NCBI GenBank assembly: GCA_963735875.1
Contig: CAVTMO010000009.1
Location: forward strand, 29,592 to 93,591
Length of the DNA stretch: 64,000 nt
Direction: 5' to 3'
Source of the DNA: an uncultured Acidobacteriota bacterium
Lineage (GTDB): Bacteria > Acidobacteriota > Vicinamibacteria > Vicinamibacterales > UBA2999
Shown here: positions 56,674 through 64,000 of the stretch, piece by piece
Layout of the letters: every line of letters starts with the position of its first letter
Numbering within the stretch: position 1 is the first letter of the stretch
The notes under the pieces: generated by a model
Database searches by the model: none
The model's input: only the letters and a program-made list of their open reading frames with translations
Told to the model about the DNA's origin: nothing
Made by a program: the position numbers and the translations under genes

Positions 56674-59559
56674 ATGTTCCGTCTGATTCTCGCTCTCATC
56701 CTGGGCATGGCCACGGCCCTGCCCGCCGCCGCGCAGTCCACGGCGATCAACGGCTCGGTCGAAGGGGTGGTCACCGACGTGTCCGGCGCCGTGCTGCCCG
56801 GCGTAACCGTGACGGTGGTCAACCTCGACACCGGTGACACGCGGGTCGTCGTCACCAACGAGAGCGGCCTGTACCGCGCGCCGCTGCTGCCGCTGGGCCG
56901 CTATCGGGTGTCGGCGGAGCTGACCGGGTTCAAGAAGTTCGAGCAGACCGGCATCAACATCTCGGCCGGCCAGACCGCCGTCATCAGCGTGAAGATGGGC
57001 GTGGGCGAACTGAGCGAGACGATCTCGGTGACCGCCGACGCGCCGCTGGTCGACCTGAGCCGCATCGAGGGCGGCCGCACGCTCACCGAGGCCGAGATCA
57101 AGACGCTGCCGCTCACCTCGCGCAACCCCTACAACTTCGCGCTGCTCCAGCCGGGCGTCGTCGGCTTCGAGAACTCGGAGTTCGGCGTGCCGCGGCTCAC
57201 CACCAACGGTGCGCTCCTGCGCGTGAACTACCAGATCGACGGCAGCAACAACACCCAGAAGGACCGGGCCGGCCTGCGCCAGATGCCGATGTCGGAAGTG
57301 ATGATCCGCGAGGTCAAAGTGGTGACCACCGGCTACGCGCCCGAGTTCGGCCAGACGATGGGTCTCATCTACAACGCCATCACCCCGTCGGGCACCAACA
57401 CCTTCAAGGGCCAGGGCAGCTACCGCTTCCAGCGCCAGTCCATGGCGGCCTTCCCGTTCTTCTTCCAGGGCCCGCGCAACGACGACACCAAGCCGCCCAC
57501 CGACGTGAACATCTACACCGTGGACATCGGCGGGCCAATCGTCCGCGACCGCACCCACTTCTTCGGCGGCTACGAGCACACCGAGCGCGACCTGTCCAGC
57601 ACGGCGGTCATCACCATCACACCCACCAACCAGGCGGCGCTCGGCCTCAGCGAGCCGCAGTACCAGGACAAGGGACTCAACACCGAGTTCGCCATCGGCA
57701 AGGTCGAGCACCAGTTCAACGGCAGCAACCGCCTGTCGCTGCGCTACATCTACTTCGACAACTTCATCACCGCCAACGTCGGCAGCGGCATCGGCTCGGT
57801 GGAACGGGCCACCGACTTCGCCGACCGCCAGCACTCCACCGCGGCGCAGCTGATTTCGACGGTCAGCACCAACCTGCTGAACGAGCTGCGCGTGCAGTAC
57901 GCCACCCGCGCGCAGAACCGGGTGCCGGCCGGGCAAGCCGGCACCGGGCCGGCCGTCAACGTGACCAACGTCGCCCAGTTCGGCGGACCCATCGCCAGCC
58001 TCACCGACGCCGGTTTTGGCTTCACCCAGGACGTGTTCCAGGTGAACGACAGCGTCACCTGGCTCTCCGGCGATCACGCGTTCAAGGGCGGCATCGACAT
58101 GCAGCACGTGGCCGACACGCGCACCAGCGCCCAGTTCCAGCTCTACACCTTCGCGAACACGGCCGCCTATCTCGCGGCCCGCAACGGACAGAACGCCTTC
58201 AGCTACCAGTCGTTCGCGCAGTACTTCGGCGAGCCCAACCTCGATTTCTCGTCGAACCTCTACGGGTTCTTCCTGCAGGACGACTGGCGGCTGAGCAACT
58301 CGCTGAAGGTCCTCTACGGCCTGCGCTACGACCTGTATGACCCGCCGACGCCCAACCCCAGCGCGCCGTACGAGACCTCGCGCGACTTCGTCGTCGACAA
58401 GAACAACTGGGCGCCGCGCCTCGGCGTGGTCTGGAGCCCGGGCGACGACGCCCGCACGGTGCTGCGCGCCAACACCGGCATGATGTACGACCAGGCGCTG
58501 CTGGCCAGCTACGAGCAGGCGCTCATCAACGACGGCACCAATACCCGCGCCGCGGCCACGTTCCAGCCGACCACCCCGGGCGCCCCGGCCTTCCCGGCGG
58601 TGCTCTCGGCCGGCACCGGCGCCGTGCCCAACACCGTGACCACCGTGTCGCCCGATTTCGCCGTGGCCTACAACTGGCAGAACAACCTGCAGCTCGAGCG
58701 CCAGCTGGGCAACCGGTTCGCCGCGTCGGTGGGCGTCTCCTATTCGCGCGGCTACAGCCTGCCGTTCATCAGCAACATCAACCTCATCAACCCGACCGGC
58801 CAGCTGGCCGACGGCCGCAACATCTACAGCACGGCCATCAACGCCACGACGCGCGTCGACCCGCGCTACAACGTGGTGAACCAGGTGGAGTCGTTCGGCG
58901 ACTCGACCTACAAGAACCTCACCGCCCAGCTGACCGGCCGCAATGTCTGGGGCATGCAGTTCGACTTCGCCTACACCCTGGGGAAGAGCGAGGACAACGC
59001 GCCGATCACCAACGTGCTGTCGGTGCAGGGTGACCCCGGCCGCGGCGACCCCGACAACCTCGACTACGATCTGGGGCCCAACGTGCTCGACCAGCGCCAC
59101 ACCTTCAGCGGCAGCATCGTGGCGCGGCCGCACATCGACGGCGGCAACGGACTTGTCCGGGCGATCGTCAACGACACGATTCTCGGCCTGGCGATGCAGT
59201 TCGCCAGCGGCGTGCCGATCAACATCCGCTCCACGAGCGAGCTGAACAACGACGGCATCAACAGCGACCGTCCGGTGGGCGCGCCCCGCAACTCGATCAA
59301 CCTGCCGGCGCGCTACAACGTCGACATGCGGCTGTCGCGGCAGTTCGGGCTCGGCGGCGTGCGCAAGGCCGAGGTGATCGCCGAGGTGAAGAACCTCTTC
59401 AACACCGTCCAGTGGATGGCGGTGTCCAACGCCGCCGTCCCAGTGGTGGCAGGCACCGGCGTGCCGGTGGGCGCGCTGCCGACCAGCGGCGACCAGCTCA
59501 CGCCCTCGGCTGGCTACGAGCAGCGCCAGCTGCAGATCGGCTTCCGCTTCGTGTTCTAG
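56674..59559 (+). CDS. TonB-dependent receptor-like outer-membrane protein with CarboxypepD_reg N-terminal domain
   Basis: ATG 56674 (GGAGG 10 nt upstream). Signal peptide MFRLILALILGMATALPAAAQ. GVVTDVSGAVLPGVTVTVVNLDTGDTR..NESGLYR. Long beta-barrel ending QLQIGFRFVF. Confidence 0.85.
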   Translation: MFRLILALILGMATALPAAAQSTAINGSVEGVVTDVSGAVLPGVTVTVVNLDTGDTRVVVTNESGLYRAPLLPLGRYRVSAELTGFKKFEQTGINISAGQTAVISVKMGVGELSETISVTADAPLVDLSRIEGGRTLTEAEIKTLPLTSRNPYNFALLQPGVVGFENSEFGVPRLTTNGALLRVNYQIDGSNNTQKDRAGLRQMPMSEVMIREVKVVTTGYAPEFGQTMGLIYNAITPSGTNTFKGQGSYRFQRQSMAAFPFFFQGPRNDDTKPPTDVNIYTVDIGGPIVRDRTHFFGGYEHTERDLSSTAVITITPTNQAALGLSEPQYQDKGLNTEFAIGKVEHQFNGSNRLSLRYIYFDNFITANVGSGIGSVERATDFADRQHSTAAQLISTVSTNLLNELRVQYATRAQNRVPAGQAGTGPAVNVTNVAQFGGPIASLTDAGFGFTQDVFQVNDSVTWLSGDHAFKGGIDMQHVADTRTSAQFQLYTFANTAAYLAARNGQNAFSYQSFAQYFGEPNLDFSSNLYGFFLQDDWRLSNSLKVLYGLRYDLYDPPTPNPSAPYETSRDFVVDKNNWAPRLGVVWSPGDDARTVLRANTGMMYDQALLASYEQALINDGTNTRAAATFQPTTPGAPAFPAVLSAGTGAVPNTVTTVSPDFAVAYNWQNNLQLERQLGNRFAASVGVSYSRGYSLPFISNINLINPTGQLADGRNIYSTAINATTRVDPRYNVVNQVESFGDSTYKNLTAQLTGRNVWGMQFDFAYTLGKSEDNAPITNVLSVQGDPGRGDPDNLDYDLGPNVLDQRHTFSGSIVARPHIDGGNGLVRAIVNDTILGLAMQFASGVPINIRSTSELNNDGINSDRPVGAPRNSINLPARYNVDMRLSRQFGLGGVRKAEVIAEVKNLFNTVQWMAVSNAAVPVVAGTGVPVGALPTSGDQLTPSAGYEQRQLQIGFRFVF

Positions 59560-59577
59560 GCCGTTCTGGCCACGCAG

Positions 59578-59606
59578 GGGCCCCGCGCACGATGCGTGGG
59601 GCCCTT
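59578..59606 (+). terminator. candidate intrinsic terminator after the TBDR gene
   Basis: GGGCCCCGCGCA-CGA-TGCGTGGGGCCC, an 11-12 bp GC stem with one G-U pair, followed by TT. Begins 19 nt past the stop. Confidence 0.45.
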
Positions 59607-59671
59607 CGCACGTACGGCCGACGCCGAACGCTCCGGCGGCCACAGCCGAGCCGGATTGTATAGTTGATCGG

Positions 59672-62600
59672 ATGGCTTCCCGCGGTCAGGACCGCCCGAC
59701 ACCGAGCTCCGATGCCGAGACGCAGGCCGCGGCGGTGCTTTCGGCGTTCCGGCCGGGCGACGTCCTGTGCAACCGCTTCCGAGTGGAGCGGTTCATCGCC
59801 CGCGGCGGGATGGGCGAGCTCTACGAGGCCGAGGATCTGACGCTGGGCGAGCGGGTGGCGCTCAAGATGATCCGCCCCGAGATCGCCAGGGACGAACGGG
59901 CGACGCAGCGGTTCCTCCGCGAGGTGCAGCTCGCCCGCAAGGTGACCCACCCGAACATCTGCCGCATCTTCGACCTGTTCGAGCACGTGGCGCCCGGGGC
60001 CGGGCCGCCGGCCCCGCCGCCCGCGGCGCTGGTCACCATGGAGCTGCTGCACGGCGAGACGATCGCGCAGCGGCTGCAGCGGAAGGGGCCGTTCTCGATT
60101 CCCGACGCGCTGGTGATCGCCCGGCAGATGGCCGCCGCGCTCACCGCGGCGCACGCCGCCGGCATCATCCATCGCGACTTCAAGAGCAACAACGTGATGC
60201 TGCTCGACGCCCGGGGCAGCCAGCCGCTCCGGGTCGTGGTCACCGACTTCGGGCTGGCGCATCGCGTGGACGAGCACGGCGCCGTCGACAGCGCCATCAC
60301 CGCCACCGGGGATGTCGTCGGCACCCCGGACTACATGGCGCCGGAGCAGGTCGAAGGCAAGCCGCTGACCCCGGCCACCGACGTGTATGCGCTCGGCATC
60401 GTCCTCTACGAGATGATCACGGGCAGCCGGCCCTTCGTGGCCGACAGCCCCTTCGCGGCGGCCCTGCAGCGCGTCACCGGGCCGCCACCGGCGCCGCCAC
60501 GCGAGGTGAACCCCGCGGTGCCAATGGCGTGGGACCGCGCGATCATGCGGTGCCTGGCCCGGCGTCCGGAAGACCGCTTCCAGGACGCGATGGCGGTGAT
60601 CGAGGCGCTCGGCGCCGACACCGCGACGGCGGCGCGCACCGGGACGCCGCGGCGCTGGACGCCGCTGGTGGCGGGCGCGCTGATCGCGGCGGCCGTGGGA
60701 ACTCTGGCCTGGGCCCTGGGCGCGCCAGGCTGGTTGACCCGGGTGAGCACCACGCCGGCGGTGGACGCCGACCCCGCCGAGGCCCTGCGTCCTGCCGTGG
60801 CCGTACTCGGGTTCCGGAACCTCACCGGCCGCGACGACGTGCAGTGGCTGTCGACTGCGCTGTCCGAGATGCTCACCACCGAGCTGGGTGCCGCCGAGCG
60901 CCTGCGCGCGGTGCCGGGCGAGAACGTCAACCGGGTGAAGACCGAGCTGTCGCTCGCCGACGCCGACGCCTACAACGCCGAGACCCTGGCCCGCATCCGC
61001 AGGAATCTCGGCGCTGACATCGTCGTCTCCGGCTCTTACGTGACGGTCGGCGACGGCGACGCTGCGACGCTGCGCGTGGACATCCGCATCCAGGACACAC
61101 AGAAGGGCGAGACCACGTCGCTCGTCAGCGAGTCGGGCCGATCGGCCGAGCTGCTCGAGGTGGTGGCACGGGCCGGCACTCAGCTGCGCGAGCGCCTTGG
61201 CGTCAGCGTCAGTCCCGCCGCCTCGCTGCGAGCCTCGCAGCCGGCGTCGTCCGAAGCGGCCCGTCTCTATGCCGAAGGGCTGATGCGGCTGCGGCGGTTC
61301 GACGCGCTGGGGGCGCGCACGCTGCTGGAACAGGCCATCCAGGCCAATCCGAAGTTCCCGCTGGCCTACTCCGCGCTGGCCAACACGTGGTTCACGCTCG
61401 GCTACGACAGCCGGGCCAAGGAGGCGGCGGGCCGCGCCTTCGAGCTGTCGGCCAGCCTGCCGCGGGCCGACCGGCTGCAGGTGGAGGGCACCTTCCACGA
61501 GATGTCGAGCGAGTGGGGACAGGCGATCGGCATCTGGCAGACGCTGTCGACGTTCTTCCCCGACGACGTCGAGTACGTCCTGCGCCGGGCCAACGCCCAG
61601 ATCGTGTCGGGCGAGGCCAAGGACGGGCTGACCACGATCGAGACCTTCCAGAAGCAGTTCCCGCGGGTGGCCGACCCGCGCCTCGATCTGGCCGAGGCCC
61701 AGGCCGCCGAGACGCTGTCGGACTTCAAGCGCATGCAGGCGGCGGCGGCCGCCGCCGGTGCCGCCGGCCAGGCGCAGGGAGCGACGTTGCTGGTCGCGAC
61801 GGCGCGGCTGCGGGAAGGCACGGCCAGCCTGCGCTCCGGCCAGATCGATCGCGCGGTGACGCTCATCGAGGAGGCTCGGGGCATGTACGCCGAGGCCGGC
61901 GATCGCGCGGGGGTGGCGCGCGCGCTCAACAGCCTGGCCTCCGCCATCTCCGAGGGGCCCGACACGAAGCGGATTCGGGCGCTGTACGACGAAGGTCTGG
62001 CCATCGCCCGGGCGATCGGCAAACAGGATCTGGTGGCGAGCTTCCTGAGCAACATCGCGATCCAGGAGCGGCGCGCCGGCAACCTGCAGGCCTCGTTGGC
62101 GCTCAACCAGGAGGCGCTGGGAATTCGCCGCGAGATCGGCGATCGCATCAACACCTCGGTGTCGCTCAACAACCTCGGCAACGTGCTGCTCGACCTCGGC
62201 GACTTGCAGAGCGCCTCGACGCACTACGAGGAGTCGGCGTCGATGAGCCGCGAGATCGGCGACCGGCGCAGCGTCGCCCGCGCCCTCTTCAATGCCGGCG
62301 AGGCGTTCAAGCAGCAGGGCGAGATCGTCCGGTCCCGTGCCGTCTACGAGGAGTCGCTGAAGATTCGCCGGGAGATCGCCGACCCGGCCGGCATCGCCAC
62401 GTCGCTCTTCGGGCTGGGCCATCTCGCCGCCGTGCAGGGCGACTTCGCCGCGGCGAAGCAGTCGCTCAACGAGGCCCTCGAGATGGACCGCAAGCTCGAT
62501 CGGCGGCGGCCGATGGCATTCTCGCTGTTCCACCTGGGAGAGATCGCGTTGCTCGAGGGCGACGCCGCCACCGCCCGCCACCGGCATCAGGAGGCGCTCG

Positions 62601-63115
62601 ATCTGCGGCTGGCGCTGGGCGAGCATGGCACCGCGGCGGAGAGCCGGGCGGCACTGGCGGTGCTGGCGCTCGAAGACGGCAGGGCCGCCGAGGCCGAGGC
62701 GCTGGCCGGGGGCGCCGCGGCGGTGTTTGCCACACAGTCGGCGCCCGGCGCCGAAGCGATGGCCAGGGCCACGCACGCGCTGGCCTTGCAGGCCGAGGGC
62801 CGGGGCGCGGCGGCGCGGGCCGAGGTCGAGCGGGCGCAGCGCCTGGTCAGGAACCCGCAGCAGGTGCTGTTCCGGCTGCCGGTGCTGATTGCCTCGGCCC
62901 GGATCGCGGGCATGAGCAATCCCACAGGTGCCCTGAAAACGCTCGAAGCCATCCGGGCCGACGCCGCCGGGCGCGGCATGCCGCGTTTCGAGTTCGACGC
63001 CCGGCGGGCAATGGTGGAGATTGAAGTTCGGCGTTCACCGGCTGCGGGCGCGACGATGAAGGCGGCGTTGCAGAAAGATGCGGCGGCTCGCGGGTTCCGC
63101 CTCTACGCGCGGTAG
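59672..63115 (+). CDS. Ser/Thr protein kinase with TM segment, TolB-N-like periplasmic module and long TPR array
   Basis: GGMGELYEA, VALKMI, HRDFKSNN, DFG, APE. A TM helix, then AVAVLGFRNLTGRDDVQWLSTALSEMLTTEL, then repeated TPR units (..ARALNSLA.., ..SLNNLGNVLLDLGD..). Confidence 0.9.
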   Translation: MASRGQDRPTPSSDAETQAAAVLSAFRPGDVLCNRFRVERFIARGGMGELYEAEDLTLGERVALKMIRPEIARDERATQRFLREVQLARKVTHPNICRIFDLFEHVAPGAGPPAPPPAALVTMELLHGETIAQRLQRKGPFSIPDALVIARQMAAALTAAHAAGIIHRDFKSNNVMLLDARGSQPLRVVVTDFGLAHRVDEHGAVDSAITATGDVVGTPDYMAPEQVEGKPLTPATDVYALGIVLYEMITGSRPFVADSPFAAALQRVTGPPPAPPREVNPAVPMAWDRAIMRCLARRPEDRFQDAMAVIEALGADTATAARTGTPRRWTPLVAGALIAAAVGTLAWALGAPGWLTRVSTTPAVDADPAEALRPAVAVLGFRNLTGRDDVQWLSTALSEMLTTELGAAERLRAVPGENVNRVKTELSLADADAYNAETLARIRRNLGADIVVSGSYVTVGDGDAATLRVDIRIQDTQKGETTSLVSESGRSAELLEVVARAGTQLRERLGVSVSPAASLRASQPASSEAARLYAEGLMRLRRFDALGARTLLEQAIQANPKFPLAYSALANTWFTLGYDSRAKEAAGRAFELSASLPRADRLQVEGTFHEMSSEWGQAIGIWQTLSTFFPDDVEYVLRRANAQIVSGEAKDGLTTIETFQKQFPRVADPRLDLAEAQAAETLSDFKRMQAAAAAAGAAGQAQGATLLVATARLREGTASLRSGQIDRAVTLIEEARGMYAEAGDRAGVARALNSLASAISEGPDTKRIRALYDEGLAIARAIGKQDLVASFLSNIAIQERRAGNLQASLALNQEALGIRREIGDRINTSVSLNNLGNVLLDLGDLQSASTHYEESASMSREIGDRRSVARALFNAGEAFKQQGEIVRSRAVYEESLKIRREIADPAGIATSLFGLGHLAAVQGDFAAAKQSLNEALEMDRKLDRRRPMAFSLFHLGEIALLEGDAATARHRHQEALDLRLALGEHGTAAESRAALAVLALEDGRAAEAEALAGGAAAVFATQSAPGAEAMARATHALALQAEGRGAAARAEVERAQRLVRNPQQVLFRLPVLIASARIAGMSNPTGALKTLEAIRADAAGRGMPRFEFDARRAMVEIEVRRSPAAGATMKAALQKDAAARGFRLYAR

Positions 63116-64000
63116 CTATCGCGGCCGGTTTACCACGCTGCTGGCAACCGTTCGCCAGTCCGCAATCACGTTCAGCGAAATGCCAACGGTCACCGGTTCA
63201 TTGATCAGAAACCGCTCTCCATCCCTCGTGGCCTCATAGTCCATCCCACCGTTGGCCTCTCGCACGCGCGCGTCGAACAGCGGCTTGGCCCCATCGAACT
63301 CGAAAGCGTTCATGGTGCGTATCGTGACCGCCATCACCTTCCCGTCCAAGGACAGATAGAAAAGCTCGTTGCCGTCCGACCGCCACCGCGGCGCGCGCCC
63401 GCCGGCGTTGGAGAGGCGCCACTTGCCAGGGCCAGACGGAAATGGCCGCACATAGACTTCGAAGCGACCCGACTCGTCGGATGTATAGGAAAGCCAGCGG
63501 CCGTCGGCCGATACCCGCGCTTCGAACTCATTGAACGGAGAGCGCGCAAACGGCACTGCTGGCCCGTTGCCATCAACAGGAGTCACCCAAATGTCGCTGT
63601 TCGTCTTCGGATCGGATGATTCGTAGACGAGCGTACGCCCATCTCGCGACCAGTCAGAGGCCCTGGGCCGCGCTCCAACTGTGGGAATGGCCGCAGCGCC
63701 GGACTGCGCCACGGTCGATGTGCGGCTCAGCGCTCCTTGGACGCCGCCTCGGTAGACGACCGACGTGCCATCCGGCGACCACAGCGGATTCGTGCTGTGA
63801 GTGCCGACATCGAAGGTCAGCTTCGTAAAGATGCCCTGAGCCGTGGCGGCGACCCAGATGTTGCCTTCAGACTGCCCCGACGCATCGAGCGAATGGATTT
63901 CCGCCGCAACCGATTGCTCATCCGGCGACAACCTCGGGCTCAGGTAATCGCCTGGTTCACCGATCAGGCCGCCGCTGACGCCGGTTCGCGTCGCCCACGC
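63116..64000 (-). CDS. TolB-like WD40/PD40 beta-propeller protein (3' part; gene continues beyond the window)
   Basis: PD40 repeats (WSPDGTSVVY, WSRDGRTLVY, VSADGRWLSYTSDESGRFEVYV, WRSDGNELFY). The frame stays open to position 64000. GC and GC3 are visibly lower than in neighbouring genes. Confidence 0.75.
   Translation of the reverse strand, partial: AWATRTGVSGGLIGEPGDYLSPRLSPDEQSVAAEIHSLDASGQSEGNIWVAATAQGIFTKLTFDVGTHSTNPLWSPDGTSVVYRGGVQGALSRTSTVAQSGAAAIPTVGARPRASDWSRDGRTLVYESSDPKTNSDIWVTPVDGNGPAVPFARSPFNEFEARVSADGRWLSYTSDESGRFEVYVRPFPSGPGKWRLSNAGGRAPRWRSDGNELFYLSLDGKVMAVTIRTMNAFEFDGAKPLFDARVREANGGMDYEATRDGERFLINEPVTVGISLNVIADWRTVASSVVNRPR

Noticed and set aside
59636-59672. Leaderless-mRNA promoter for the second kinase: TATAGT at 59659-59664, 7 nt before ATG 59672
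   Set aside because: The -10-like hexamer is attractive, but there is no recognisable -35 element at 16-18 nt spacing, and I cannot verify a transcription start. A single hexamer match is too weak to report as a feature.

Overview
High-GC (about 70% by eye, not computed) chromosomal segment. Its gene content looks Acidobacteriota-like, which is an inference from CarboxypepD_reg-type TonB-dependent receptors, TPR Ser/Thr kinases, an ECF sigma/kinase pair and NHL/FG-GAP propellers. I support about 48 protein-coding genes, all called by hand from motifs in the supplied ORF translations: trkHA, SDR, epoxide hydrolase, two NHL paralogs, an aminotransferase, a split MacAB-like ABC exporter, proline dehydrogenase, an M16 peptidase pair, purEK, an S9 peptidase, a GGDEF protein, two S45 acylases, ada/ogt, two metzincin-FN3 paralogs, a TBDR and two Ser/Thr kinases. 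I found no rRNA, tRNA, CRISPR, transposase, integrase, or recognisable prophage or defence module, so this is mostly an ordinary housekeeping and secretome region. Five things stand out. (1) A ~255-bp GATC-saturated palindrome with 8-bp periodicity lies between two convergent genes (37461-37716). (2) A GTAG-headed REP/REPIN-like hairpin family occupies four spacers. (3) A dispersed GGGGCT/GGGGACT G-tract repeat family (G-quadruplex-prone) has one copy embedded in-frame in the excised linker of an S45 acylase. (4) That S45 acylase is fused to a 7-blade FG-GAP/ASPIC (CRTAC1-like) module and heads a 16-kb same-strand train of secreted hydrolases, a TBDR and a kinase. (5) Two tandem S74-chaperone 'tail-fiber-domain' genes sit next to a divergent ECF sigma/kinase pair and carry roughly 8-12 frame breaks each, while about nine isolated 1-nt indels interrupt otherwise intact genes including purE and purK. 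That pattern points to assembly or polishing errors at least as much as to biology. Many very long antisense ORFs in the track are GC-driven shadows and were rejected.
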